Shown: positions 1 through 9,530, counted from the stretch's first letter. The stretch: DNA of 41,176 nucleotides from a virus (IMGVR_UViG_3300020045_006301:1-41176), one strand, 5' to 3'. Numbers and translations are program-made. Notes: generated from the sequence alone by a model not told the origin.

Positions 1-260
1 CGCGTATTGGGTTCTACAACAAGAAAATAATTATCCAAGAACCCTCCCATAAGAGCCCCCGGAAAATTTCCACCGACCTGAGAAAACACACCTGTGGATA
101 GATTATAAATATACCCATTTAGACCACTGACGACAAATATCTGTTCCCCATTGGCGTCGATTGTTGCCATCCTACCGTCATCTGCTACGCTTCCCAAGAG
201 AGTAGTGGTGTAGTCAGATTTAAGCTCGTAGAACGAAGCCCCAACAACGGAGAAGGTAAC
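1..260 (-). pseudogene. Fragment of a P22 gp10-like packaged-DNA stabilization (tail hub) protein; no start codon, runs off the window edge
   Basis: Manual translation VTFSVVGASFYELKSDYTTTLLGSVADDGRMATIDANGEQIFVVSGLNGYIYNLSTGVFSQVGGNFPGALMGGFLDNYFLVVEPNTR; the frame is closed upstream by TAA at 270-272 with no start in between. Confidence 0.6.
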
Positions 261-262
261 AC

Positions 263-1039
263 ATGGCTTTTATCGCAGTAGCCGCAGGAATAGGGGTCGC
301 AGGGAGTTTAATTGGTGGTGCTGTGGCTTCGAGTGGTGCGAAGAAAGCTGCAAGCACACAAGCCGACTCCACTAAATACGCTGCTGATCTGTCCTACAAA
401 ACGGGGCAAGACTCTTTGGCGCTCCAGAAGGAGGCTTACAATAAGCAGCTTGAGCTTCAGCAGCCCTGGATCGAAGCTGGTAAAGGAGCACTGAACAAAC
501 TAGCAGCTATTCCAGATTTCTCGTACACAGGATCGAATCTGTCCTCCGACCCCGGATATCAGTTTAGGCTGGCTGAGGGACAGAAGGCTCTTCAAGCTAA
601 ACAAGCTCAGTCAGGTAGGCTCTTGGGCGGTGCTGCTGTAAAACAGGCACAACGATACGGGCAGGATTACGCTTCTGGTGAATTCTCAAATGCATACAAC
701 CGAGCGCTTAATACATACTCTACAAATCTCAACCGAACTATGCAGACCGCTGGTCTTGGGCAAGTAGCGACTGGGGCCGCGTCCAATGCTGCGGGTAATT
801 ACGGGGCGGGTGCAGCGAACACGACACTCTCTACGGGTGCCCAGCAAGCAGACCTCGCTACTCAGGCTGGTAATGCACGAGCATCGGGGTACATGGGCGC
901 AAGCAACGCCTGGGCAAACGCGATTAATGGTGCTACAGGTAGTATCATGTATGGCGCAGTAAATCGTGGTGGTGGCGTACCTGCCCCTACTCTAGGGACA
1001 TATGATATTTGGGGTGGCGCTGGCGGCCCGATGGGGTAG
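263..1039 (+). CDS. Podovirus DNA ejection/transfer protein (P22 gp7-like)
   Basis: Gly/Ala-rich hydrophobic N-terminus; PWIEAGKGAL, DPGYQFRLAEGQKAL, YGQDYASGEF and GNARASGY motifs typical of this family. Confidence 0.7.
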   Translation: MAFIAVAAGIGVAGSLIGGAVASSGAKKAASTQADSTKYAADLSYKTGQDSLALQKEAYNKQLELQQPWIEAGKGALNKLAAIPDFSYTGSNLSSDPGYQFRLAEGQKALQAKQAQSGRLLGGAAVKQAQRYGQDYASGEFSNAYNRALNTYSTNLNRTMQTAGLGQVATGAASNAAGNYGAGAANTTLSTGAQQADLATQAGNARASGYMGASNAWANAINGATGSIMYGAVNRGGGVPAPTLGTYDIWGGAGGPMG

Positions 1040-1452
1040 CCCCATCTTGATTTATGCCCTAATGCACTGGCCTGGGAGGGATTCATTTTTGGGGCTGTAA
1101 GAGCTTTTTCTACGGGCCATCCGTATCTAAAGAGTCTGGCCCAGAGAGTTCCATTAGATATCCCGATTTCTCTGGCCCAAAGACACACATTTTGAGTCTT
1201 CCCTTGGTGTGTTATAAGTCTGCTTTTCCTTAAATTTAAACTTTGCTCCTGGTGTGTAGCCCATCTAACATTTCCAGGTTCATAATCCCCATTATTGTCA
1301 ATCCTTTCTATAGACATGCCATCTGGGCGCGGACCTATGTAGTTATAAAAATTCTCAAATGAGTTAAAGTATGGGTGCACTTTAATCCCACGCCCACCGT
1401 ATCTAGGATAGGTAGTGCTCTTAGGATTGGTGCAGCGGGATACGAAAGAACC
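1040..1452 (-). pseudogene. HNH homing-type endonuclease, N-terminally truncated and lacking its own stop
   Basis: The frame extends upstream of the called GTG as SRCTNPKSTTYPRYGGRGIKV, then PRPDGMSIERIDNNGDYEPGNVRWAT; upstream stop at 1468-1470 with no ATG; the 3' end reads on antisense into the 263-1039 gene to 862. Confidence 0.7.
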
Positions 1453-2632
1453 AAAAGGGGGATTTATTTATGCTTGAAGAATTATTGAAAATAGGTTTTT
1501 TAACAGGTGCTGGTGCGTTATCATTAACAGGCATTATTTCAGCAGTTACAGTTGGGACAACCTTCTTTTTTGATTTTTCCTGAGTGATTTTTGCAATTAA
1601 AATATTCCAATCTTCGTTTGAATCGTCAGATATACTGGTTTGAGTTATAAAATACCCAAATCCAGTGAAAGAACCGCTAGGAACGTCAAATTTAAGTCCT
1701 AAATCAGTCAAATGTTGCATTCTATTATCAATATAGTCATCAGTTATAGTTGCTGTAGGTACTATTCTTTCAACCGGAATACCTAACTGATTGCCCTCAG
1801 TTATTTCTAACTCAGTTAAAACCTCGTTTGCGGAAACATCGAAAGTCTCTCTTTCAGGAACTATTTTTTCACTACCAGCTTCTTTAAATTTGCCTCTTAA
1901 TGTTTTTTCTTCCATTTCTTCAATTTCTTTTAATTCTGTTTTTAATGACTTTTGCGAACTGTTCAACATTTGTGCTTTACTTTCTTTTGCGGCCATAATC
2001 CAACCGTCTATAGATAAATTTTGCTGATCAATAGCTCTGAGCGTCATTCTTAGAGTAAATTTACCGGAGTAACCGCCTTGGGTTTTTTCGTATTCATCTA
2101 ACTTTGAAATCTTGTAATAATCGTGTTTTGGAAATTGTTTTTCCAAGTCTACAAAATCCTGATGCTTTAATGAATAATCAGTTTTTATTTCCTCAGAAAT
2201 AATTCCTAAATCCACAAGCGATAATTTCATAACTTCTATAAACGATTTAAACGCTTGTAAATCTGAATTGTCAGCTCCTAAATTAAGGCAGTTAACTTCA
2301 TGCCAGTTATCGGCATGAGCTAAAAGCACAATCGTTTGATTAACGATTCCTGATTTTAACAAATTGGCACATTCGCAAATCGTACCTTTAAAATTTACCT
2401 CAATAGTTTCGTTGGAAACCGAAAAGGATTTTGGTTTTGATAATTTTGGCATGTTTTTATTGTTTAAGTTGTTATTAAAGTTTTGTATTCCTGTATCTAA
2501 ATCTATTAAATCATCGAAAACGTTGTTCGTACACCAATGCCCACATTTAAAATAAGCGTTTCCGTTCAAACCAATATAATCTAATTCAAACACAGTTTCA
2601 TTGTTAGGTTCTGGGTATTTATATTTTTTCAT
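1421..2632 (-). CDS. Hypothetical phage protein; C-terminus appears truncated or chimeric at the junction
   Basis: ~403-aa ORF; last ~11 residues (FWFFRIPLHQS) derive from the GC-rich HNH segment in another frame. Confidence 0.6.
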   Translation of the reverse strand: MKKYKYPEPNNETVFELDYIGLNGNAYFKCGHWCTNNVFDDLIDLDTGIQNFNNNLNNKNMPKLSKPKSFSVSNETIEVNFKGTICECANLLKSGIVNQTIVLLAHADNWHEVNCLNLGADNSDLQAFKSFIEVMKLSLVDLGIISEEIKTDYSLKHQDFVDLEKQFPKHDYYKISKLDEYEKTQGGYSGKFTLRMTLRAIDQQNLSIDGWIMAAKESKAQMLNSSQKSLKTELKEIEEMEEKTLRGKFKEAGSEKIVPERETFDVSANEVLTELEITEGNQLGIPVERIVPTATITDDYIDNRMQHLTDLGLKFDVPSGSFTGFGYFITQTSISDDSNEDWNILIAKITQEKSKKKVVPTVTAEIMPVNDNAPAPVKKPIFNNSSSINKSPFWFFRIPLHQS

Positions 2633-2662
2633 AAGCAAATTTAAACATTATTTTTAAATAAA

Positions 2663-5461
2663 CTAATAATTTTTAAATTTTATTTCTGATTGTTTATATT
2701 CTGGTTTTTCAATTGTTTTTTCTTCAATAACATTTTCCGATACTGTTTCCCCAAATATCAAACGAGTATCAATTTTAACTGCATTCGATTTTATGTAGCT
2801 TCCGAAAGTAGTGTTATTCATTTTTTCAGAGCTTTCAACACGTCTTAAAATTGTGTGGTAATTTCGTGAATACGATGTGTTTTCTAAGAACTTACGTATT
2901 TTTTCAGAGTTGTCTGAGATTACTAATGAAGTACCTTGTATTTTCATACCTAAACGTTTTAGTGTCGAATTAGCCAAATCTGAATTTATACGGCTGGATT
3001 CTTCATCAGATATAAAATCTCCTCTACCAATTATTACCAATTCTCCAATGGTTCGTTTTACTTTTCCGTAAGGAGTTTCTACCTCAGTATCGCAACCCAT
3101 TAAATGATTTATAAGCTTGATTTCGTCACGTGATTCATTAGCCAGTTTTTCTTCTGATAAATCCTGTTCTACCATCCATTTTATCGCATTATCGAACGAA
3201 ATATCACTTTCCGATGTAAGGCTGTAATAAGCTGCTAAAAGTATCCCTAATTGGTCTCCTGTACGTTGATTATTCAATACAATTGAAGCTGCGTTTGAGA
3301 ATACTTTAGCATTCCTTAGTATTGTAGGCAATAGCCAAACAGAACGACTTTGGAAACCTTCAATATATTTGTCCGTAACTGTTTCGTAGTACATCTTTAA
3401 TGTTTCTGTCCAGCGTTCTTTTTTATCATCTGACAAGTCTGGCAGTATTTCCAAAACGGTTATCCTGGATTGATCAGAACGTTGATGTATTGCCGATGCT
3501 ATACTGGAAAAAGCAAAACACGAACGAATATTGAATTCTGCTGCTACACCTCCCGAACTTCCTTTAATGATTTTTCCTCCGTCACTAGTGGAGCTGGCTC
3601 GCATAATATTTAAAACAGATTGCATCCTTTCGGCTGATTTTTTGTCCTCTGATTCAGCCTCATCAAAAACAACTGGCAATGCATCTGCTTTTAAAAACTG
3701 CCTTATACCCGCTTCGGTAGTTTCAGACTGCGCATCGACAAACATTTCACGCATAAAGTTTTTAACGAACATTTTTATTATTTCAGACTTTCCAGAACCG
3801 GACGCACCAGTGAGCCATAAATGAGGCCTCCAATTCAATGCGCCACACAACGGTGCAATTACTATCCATCCAGCCAATAACTTTGCTTCTAAAGGACGAG
3901 ACCAATTCAAACGACTTAACAATTGAACTAATTTGTAAGCTTCGTGTTTTTTCAATGGCGTAATAAGGTTAAAACCAAGTTCTTTTCCGGCTTCGTAAAT
4001 AAAATTAGACTTATAGTCAGAAAATCTTTTTGCAACTCCATTAACAATTAAATGACTCCCGCAATGAATAACAGGCACTTTTTTATCAATCCACGCACCA
4101 CGGCCACGAATCATGTTATTGTCAAAAATACCTAGTTTTGAACAAATCGAAATCAAATTATCTGTTATCCTGGCAATATCGTATTTTACACCTGAGCGAC
4201 CATCTTTACCATAACTTCCTTCCCAATAATTCAAAGGAGCTAATTGTAAAATCGTGGAGCCTGAAAAACTGGATGACGTAAAGCGAAGTACCGAATTTGT
4301 TCTGTAATTAAAAAACACATAAATAGTGCCTCCGTTATTTTCATGCCCTAAACATTTAAAGTATGGGTTTTGAGGCACGTTTTCCACTTCGTCAACTTCT
4401 GGAATTACGGGTTTAAAAACAGGCGGTACAATTTCGGAAGGCACTTCAAAAACAGGTTTCACAACCTCAATTATTGCAGGTTCTGGGATTTCGTTTGGCG
4501 CATGTTCTGATACTATTGGAACATCAGATTTATTTGCTTGTAAATATTCAACAGCTTCGTCTGGTGTCCATACAGCGTCTGCAACATCCCATTTTTTAGG
4601 AAAATCAGGACTGTTTTTTATTTGCTTAAAACTAGCCGTGAACATTTCAGAAATACCAGTAACACGTCTGTATTTTTCGGTTTTTTCGTTATACGCCCAA
4701 CCGCCAAACATTGCATGAAGTCCTGGCACGTCATTATCAGCCCAGCAAAATATTTTACGCCCATGCAATGGTGTCCAGTCAGCATTTTTAACTCCGTCTG
4801 CGCCTCCTATCCAAGTTGTTACAACGTATTTAGGGAATAATTTTTTTGCAGCGTCTGCTGTTTTTTCGCCTTCTACCAATAAAACAATTGCATTGGGTCT
4901 TGAAGTTAATTCGTTTAAATTATACAATAATCGAGGTGTATCTAGTCCTCTCCATTGCCATTTAGCTATTTTACCATTTGATTTGTATGAATATGGAATC
5001 ACATCTTTTTTACCGCATGGCAAGTCAAAACGGCAAACAAAAGAAACTACATTTCCGTTCACATCGTGATAATCCCACGCACTTGAAGGATTTCCGTAAT
5101 CTTTAAAAGTAAGCTTTAATGGGTCAGGCAAATTTTCTTGCGAAGGAATCGCATTTGTCCAAATTGGTTCCTGAATTTTTGGCGCAGTTTCTGCAATTGA
5201 AATAATAGACTTGTCTTGAATTAATTTCATTGCTTCTGGCTTGGTATAGCCCTGCAACTCGAAAAAATCAACAATATCTCCACCGGCCCCGCAAGCAAAG
5301 CACTTGAATTTTTGTTTAACAGGATTAACTTTTAACGAGGCATGGTTATCGGAATGAAAAATACAATTCCCTACCATTTCAGGACCTTGTTTTTTCAGGT
5401 GTATATGTTGACCTATTACCTCTTCAATTCGATAGTTTGATTTTATTTCTTGGATAGTCAT
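2663..5461 (-). CDS. Primase-helicase (CHC2 zinc finger + TOPRIM + P-loop NTPase)
   Basis: CIFHSD...FKCFAC zinc finger; LLVEGEKTAD and WADNDVPG TOPRIM motifs; GASGSGKS Walker A, VFDEAESE Walker B. Confidence 0.85.
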   Translation of the reverse strand: MTIQEIKSNYRIEEVIGQHIHLKKQGPEMVGNCIFHSDNHASLKVNPVKQKFKCFACGAGGDIVDFFELQGYTKPEAMKLIQDKSIISIAETAPKIQEPIWTNAIPSQENLPDPLKLTFKDYGNPSSAWDYHDVNGNVVSFVCRFDLPCGKKDVIPYSYKSNGKIAKWQWRGLDTPRLLYNLNELTSRPNAIVLLVEGEKTADAAKKLFPKYVVTTWIGGADGVKNADWTPLHGRKIFCWADNDVPGLHAMFGGWAYNEKTEKYRRVTGISEMFTASFKQIKNSPDFPKKWDVADAVWTPDEAVEYLQANKSDVPIVSEHAPNEIPEPAIIEVVKPVFEVPSEIVPPVFKPVIPEVDEVENVPQNPYFKCLGHENNGGTIYVFFNYRTNSVLRFTSSSFSGSTILQLAPLNYWEGSYGKDGRSGVKYDIARITDNLISICSKLGIFDNNMIRGRGAWIDKKVPVIHCGSHLIVNGVAKRFSDYKSNFIYEAGKELGFNLITPLKKHEAYKLVQLLSRLNWSRPLEAKLLAGWIVIAPLCGALNWRPHLWLTGASGSGKSEIIKMFVKNFMREMFVDAQSETTEAGIRQFLKADALPVVFDEAESEDKKSAERMQSVLNIMRASSTSDGGKIIKGSSGGVAAEFNIRSCFAFSSIASAIHQRSDQSRITVLEILPDLSDDKKERWTETLKMYYETVTDKYIEGFQSRSVWLLPTILRNAKVFSNAASIVLNNQRTGDQLGILLAAYYSLTSESDISFDNAIKWMVEQDLSEEKLANESRDEIKLINHLMGCDTEVETPYGKVKRTIGELVIIGRGDFISDEESSRINSDLANSTLKRLGMKIQGTSLVISDNSEKIRKFLENTSYSRNYHTILRRVESSEKMNNTTFGSYIKSNAVKIDTRLIFGETVSENVIEEKTIEKPEYKQSEIKFKNY

Positions 5462-5494
5462 GTGGTAGTTTTTGAAAGGGAGGTAAATTTAGAT

Positions 5495-5533
5495 TAAAAA
5501 ACGATAGGATTAAATTTTTAATTTTAACCCTAT
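5495..5533 (-). terminator. Probable intrinsic terminator, followed by a TAAATTTA -7-like element before the primase
   Basis: ATAGGATTAAA / TTTAACCCTAT imperfect inverted repeat with a T-tract on the minus strand. Confidence 0.45.
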
Positions 5534-5541
5534 GTAATTAT

Positions 5542-6204
5542 TTATTCAATTTCATCATCTGAAAAATTTTCGACTTCCCATGATTTAGAAAATTCTTTAT
5601 CAGAAAATAATTCCGCTAAACCTCCAATTTGGCAAAGTCTTAAAACTTCGTCTGCATCCATTCCTAAATTTTTAGATATCTTAGAATCGCTCCAATTTCG
5701 TTTTTTAAGATCAATAACAATATCACTCATTGCATCAATTTTGTGCTTTCCTCTTGCTCTATTGTGCCTAATTGTAGACGCTACACGGTCATTAATTTTA
5801 GTCCTGTCTTCATTAATCGTAACGACTGGTAAATATCCGTGAACACGACTTTGAATTTCTTCACACTCTTTGCCTACTCTGTTTCGATGGAATCCGTCAA
5901 TAACTTCACGTGTAGTCAAATCGCTTTCGAGCATTGAAACTATAGGCTGTGTATATCCGTCCGAACTTATTGACAGTCTCAAAAGCTCCATTTCAGGAGG
6001 TGCAACACTATTCGGGTTGTAATCATTAGCGTGAACCGTCTCATTTTTTACCCACAAAACACAATCTACAGGTTCTGATTTGAAAGGAGAAACATCATGC
6101 ATTTTTACTTTTATTGCATTCATGACACTTATCTTTGAATCAATATTTAATGTTTTTATAGACTCTAGTATTAATTCGAATTGTTCTAAAATTAGATTTT
6201 CCAT
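5542..6204 (-). CDS. ibrB: ParB/Srx-like protein, IbrB/YbdM family
   Basis: ANDYNPNSVAPPEMELL, DGYTQPIV, IDGFHR and STIRHNRARGKH motifs. Confidence 0.85.
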   Translation of the reverse strand: MENLILEQFELILESIKTLNIDSKISVMNAIKVKMHDVSPFKSEPVDCVLWVKNETVHANDYNPNSVAPPEMELLRLSISSDGYTQPIVSMLESDLTTREVIDGFHRNRVGKECEEIQSRVHGYLPVVTINEDRTKINDRVASTIRHNRARGKHKIDAMSDIVIDLKKRNWSDSKISKNLGMDADEVLRLCQIGGLAELFSDKEFSKSWEVENFSDDEIE

Positions 6205-6206
6205 TT

Positions 6207-7421
6207 TTATAATTTAAAATCATTTAATAATCTTTGTTCTTTTTTTAGCTTTAAATATTTATTATAAGCTTCTGTTTTGTGTTGAGTGAATCCAAGCCCC
6301 TTGCACCAATAATCATTCCTTAGAAGCGATTTGCATATACGTCTCCAAGACGGGGCAACACGTTCACTTTCTAATATTGAAGGTGCTTCATCTGGTAACC
6401 CGTCCGAATAACCTCTTTCTTCCCACCACTTAATAAAAACATAAATCTTGTTTTTATAGTGTTCTGCTGTTATTTCTGGAAGAGTGTTTAGAATCAATTC
6501 AGAAAATGACTTCCAAGTATGATGCATTGGCTTAGTGATTTTGCCATAGCCATTGATATTTCCAGTATCCTGAACATATAAAGCTCCGCTATTTGCCCCC
6601 TCAACCCTTGCTACTACTTTAGCCCATGTTTCAGGCTCAATCAGATGAAACAGGTACAAACCCCTTCTTTGGTCGTCTCCATAAGGCTGGCAAATTCTTT
6701 GTAAGTGAATCGACAATCCTGCTTTTTGCATCATATCGTACAACTCATTGTGTCGTTTGTGTTTGTTTTTGCCGTGGTAAGTCCAAATATCCTCGGTTTT
6801 CCAGTCGTATATTGGATACACATTAAAAACATTATCCGTCACTTTGGTAGTATATTGCTTGCCCTTGAATTTTATCTTTTTATCGCTGGCAATAGTCCTA
6901 AAACGGTTTAAACTTTCGTCTGCTCGAATACCAACAAGACAAGCGCAGGTTTTGCCTTGAGAATACCATTCTCCAAATTCAGGAACAAATTCTTCAAATT
7001 CCATCCCGTCACGAAAGAATGGAAAAAACTTAGGGTCTGAAATTGAATTTTTAGGCAATTCACGAATCCAATCTTTTTTCACTTCTGAATCCCAACATTT
7101 CCAAAATGGTTTAAAAACAGAAACTGCATTTCTTAAATGAATAGGTAAACAAACCCAGTATAAATCAATGTTGTTTTTATACATTTCAATACAAGCATGC
7201 ATGTGATCAATTGTGAGCTTGTATTGCCCTTCTAAATCAACAATCATCAAACCTATTTTTACATTTCGTTTTACGGCTTCATCCATAACCATATGAAGCA
7301 TTACCGTGCTGTCTTTTCCTGCTGAAAATGAAAGATAAATTTTTTCGAAGTTGTCAAAAGTGAATTTTATCCTATCAACTGCAGCATCGTAAACATTTTG
7401 ATCAAAATATATTTTTGGCAT
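6207..7421 (-). CDS. ibrA: PAPS-reductase-like PP-loop protein with DUF3440, IbrA/YbdN family
   Basis: SFSAGKDS PP-loop, GIRADESLNR, YPIYDW, QRICQPYG, PSWRRICKSLLRNDYWCKGL. Confidence 0.85.
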   Translation of the reverse strand: MPKIYFDQNVYDAAVDRIKFTFDNFEKIYLSFSAGKDSTVMLHMVMDEAVKRNVKIGLMIVDLEGQYKLTIDHMHACIEMYKNNIDLYWVCLPIHLRNAVSVFKPFWKCWDSEVKKDWIRELPKNSISDPKFFPFFRDGMEFEEFVPEFGEWYSQGKTCACLVGIRADESLNRFRTIASDKKIKFKGKQYTTKVTDNVFNVYPIYDWKTEDIWTYHGKNKHKRHNELYDMMQKAGLSIHLQRICQPYGDDQRRGLYLFHLIEPETWAKVVARVEGANSGALYVQDTGNINGYGKITKPMHHTWKSFSELILNTLPEITAEHYKNKIYVFIKWWEERGYSDGLPDEAPSILESERVAPSWRRICKSLLRNDYWCKGLGFTQHKTEAYNKYLKLKKEQRLLNDFKL

Positions 7422-7423
7422 AA

Positions 7424-7789
7424 TTATTTTTTTGTAAGTTCATATTCTTTGATTATTTTTTCGGCAATATCGCAAGCAATAATTTTAAATTCATCAGGAA
7501 CAAATCGCCAATTATTCATAGTGATTGAATAAGGTATTTTTGCGTAAAAACAACAAGCAGATTGTCCTAGCCATGCAACTCGATTTAATGAAATATTGGT
7601 TAAATTATGCTCACATGAATTTGGCCATTCAGCAATAATTCTGTTCATGAAATATTCTGTTTTTTTGGGATTTGAAAACAACTCTACAACTTTTATTTCA
7701 AGTTCTTTTTTTTCTTCTCCTGAAACGTTTCTAAAAAAACCAGCTTTGAAACACTCCCAATTTTCATACCTATGATAAATTCTTTCCAT
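7424..7789 (-). CDS. Conserved phage hypothetical protein coupled to ibrAB
   Basis: 121-aa ORF, 2-nt gaps to both neighbours; IYHRYENWEC, WPNSCEHNLTN and NRVAWLGQSACC motifs. Confidence 0.7.
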   Translation of the reverse strand: MERIYHRYENWECFKAGFFRNVSGEEKKELEIKVVELFSNPKKTEYFMNRIIAEWPNSCEHNLTNISLNRVAWLGQSACCFYAKIPYSITMNNWRFVPDEFKIIACDIAEKIIKEYELTKK

Positions 7790-7791
7790 AA

Positions 7792-8196
7792 TTAAATAGG
7801 TATATTATTTTCGTCACGGCATATAATTCCTTCGCCTCCAAGATCATTAACCATCTGTAAAAAATTTATCTGATTTTCCTGCACACGTCCGCTTACTAGC
7901 TTTGCTTCAATAGCCACGAAAACGGCTATTTCAGTACCTACCATTTCGGGAGTGATTTTAATTGCCTTCAATCCTATAAGGTCGGAACTTCCTGGACACA
8001 ATCCAGCATCGAAATAACGGGCTTGTCGTACTAATACATCCCCTGCTTTCACGTTTACTGTTTGCGGGTGTGAAAATTTCTTTGAATCACCAATCCAGCA
8101 CTTTCCAGAATTATTCCTGAATATTCTGATTTTTGGATCTGCGCCTAGTTTTAGCATTATTTTACGAACTAGGTTTGTTTCTTGGCTGTTTGACAT
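7792..8196 (-). CDS. VRR-NUC domain nuclease (PD-(D/E)xK)
   Basis: IFRNNSG...GLCPGSSDLIG...FVAIEAK...QINFLQMV. Confidence 0.85.
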   Translation of the reverse strand: MSNSQETNLVRKIMLKLGADPKIRIFRNNSGKCWIGDSKKFSHPQTVNVKAGDVLVRQARYFDAGLCPGSSDLIGLKAIKITPEMVGTEIAVFVAIEAKLVSGRVQENQINFLQMVNDLGGEGIICRDENNIPI

Positions 8197-8339
8197 TCGA
8201 TAAATTTTTTATTGATTATTAAATATGCTGTGATAGCTATAATTGCGATAATTACCCAAATCCAATTATCAATTAGAACGCTGTCTAATCCTTGGCAATG
8301 TGGATTTCTTGGAGGGCATGGAACATGTGGAGGCTTCAT
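8169..8339 (-). CDS. 56-aa Pro-rich membrane peptide (not in the ORF track)
   Basis: MKPPHVPCPPRNPHCQGLDSVLIDNWIWVIIAIIAITAYLIINKKFIECQTAKKQT; fills the gap in the operon. Confidence 0.6.
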   Translation of the reverse strand: MKPPHVPCPPRNPHCQGLDSVLIDNWIWVIIAIIAITAYLIINKKFIECQTAKKQT

Positions 8340-8349
8340 ATTTTTTTAT

Positions 8350-8790
8350 TTAAAACGGTGTATGATCTTCGTGATCTGTTGGTAATTCCGTAACGTGTTT
8401 ATCGTGGTCGTGGTACTTTCGGATATTAGCCATATTTTTTAAAAGTTGCATATTTCCAATATAATACCCTTCCCAATTCCTGATGCGGTCAATCGTGCAA
8501 TTTTTACCCCTATAACCTTTTTTTACGATATAGCCAGTGTCATTACAAAAACCTCTAAATTCTTCAAGGGAAACATTAAACGAAACACTTCTTTTTTTTG
8601 CATTGCCTCTGAAGTTTACGTATCTATCATAAACAGGATCGGTTTGTCTCCTGTGAATCGCATAATGCTTATGGCACAAGCCACGTTTACGGGAGCATGG
8701 CTTTGATTTACAATGATAAGCACAGCAATAACGTCCTTCGGTTTTCTTAGCCTCTGAAATTTTGAATTCCAATTTTTTAGGAGTAAACAT
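8350..8790 (-). CDS. Zinc-finger + HNH-like endonuclease
   Basis: CCAYHC...GLCHKHY; TIDRIRNWEGYYIGNMQLL resembles the DRIDNxxGYxxxN HNH motif. Confidence 0.6.
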   Translation of the reverse strand: MFTPKKLEFKISEAKKTEGRYCCAYHCKSKPCSRKRGLCHKHYAIHRRQTDPVYDRYVNFRGNAKKRSVSFNVSLEEFRGFCNDTGYIVKKGYRGKNCTIDRIRNWEGYYIGNMQLLKNMANIRKYHDHDKHVTELPTDHEDHTPF

Positions 8791-8792
8791 GG

Positions 8793-9350
8793 CTAAATTT
8801 TAAATATTCCTAATTGATACAATTTAAAAACCAAATCGGCTTCATAGAACGCATCATCTGCGCCTCTATGGGTTTCAACATACCCGATTTCTCCAAAGAA
8901 ATGTTTATGAGCTTCTTCAAAGTTCGGCCACTTATAACCAGCACGCCCATTTCGATTTGGTATTTTGCAAAGATCAGTTGATAACTTCATTGGACACGGT
9001 AATTTTTTAGGAAAAACAAAGCCTCTGTCTTCCATAAATCCAAAATCAAAAGCATTATTGTATGCTGTTGCTCCTGCTGGATATTTATCCAAAATCTGCT
9101 GGATTGTAGGCTTTAAGTGGATTAATTGTCTTGATTTTTGAATTGCCTCCAATGTAATGGTAGAATTTTTTACAATCCATGAATCTTCAACTTCTTTTCG
9201 TGTTATTGGTCTTTCGTGGCACAATTCGTTGAAAAGTATTTTTTTTGCACCTGTCTCTAAATTCAATCCCACAATACCGACTTCGATTATTTTCCCACCT
9301 TCTTTGAGGAATCCGGTTGTTTCTAAATCTATTATTAAAATTCTGCTCAT
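8793..9350 (-). CDS. DEDDh 3'-5' exonuclease (DnaQ-like)
   Basis: IIDLETTG, AYNNAFD, HRGADDA. Confidence 0.9.
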   Translation of the reverse strand: MSRILIIDLETTGFLKEGGKIIEVGIVGLNLETGAKKILFNELCHERPITRKEVEDSWIVKNSTITLEAIQKSRQLIHLKPTIQQILDKYPAGATAYNNAFDFGFMEDRGFVFPKKLPCPMKLSTDLCKIPNRNGRAGYKWPNFEEAHKHFFGEIGYVETHRGADDAFYEADLVFKLYQLGIFKI

Positions 9351-9352
9351 AA

Positions 9353-9514
9353 TTACTTTTTAATTAAATTTTCTCTAATAAAATTCACTTCGTCAATGTG
9401 TAGTTTTTTGCTACACCTTATTACATCGCCTATGATTTTAAATTCAATTTCCCATCCGTTTTCACGAAATATAAAATAAACATCTTGAAAATCTATTTTT
9501 TCAGCGTAAACCAT
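9353..9514 (-). CDS. 53-aa hypothetical protein (not in the ORF track)
   Basis: MVYAEKIDFQDVYFIFRENGWEIEFK...; directly downstream of the 22-bp motif and 2 nt from the next start. Confidence 0.6.
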   Translation of the reverse strand: MVYAEKIDFQDVYFIFRENGWEIEFKIIGDVIRCSKKLHIDEVNFIRENLIKK

Positions 9515-9530
9515 AACCTTTAATTTTAAG

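Noticed and set aside
862-1039. C-terminal ~60 aa of the 172-aa HNH ORF as real protein
   Set aside because: It is the antisense reading of the gp7-like gene.
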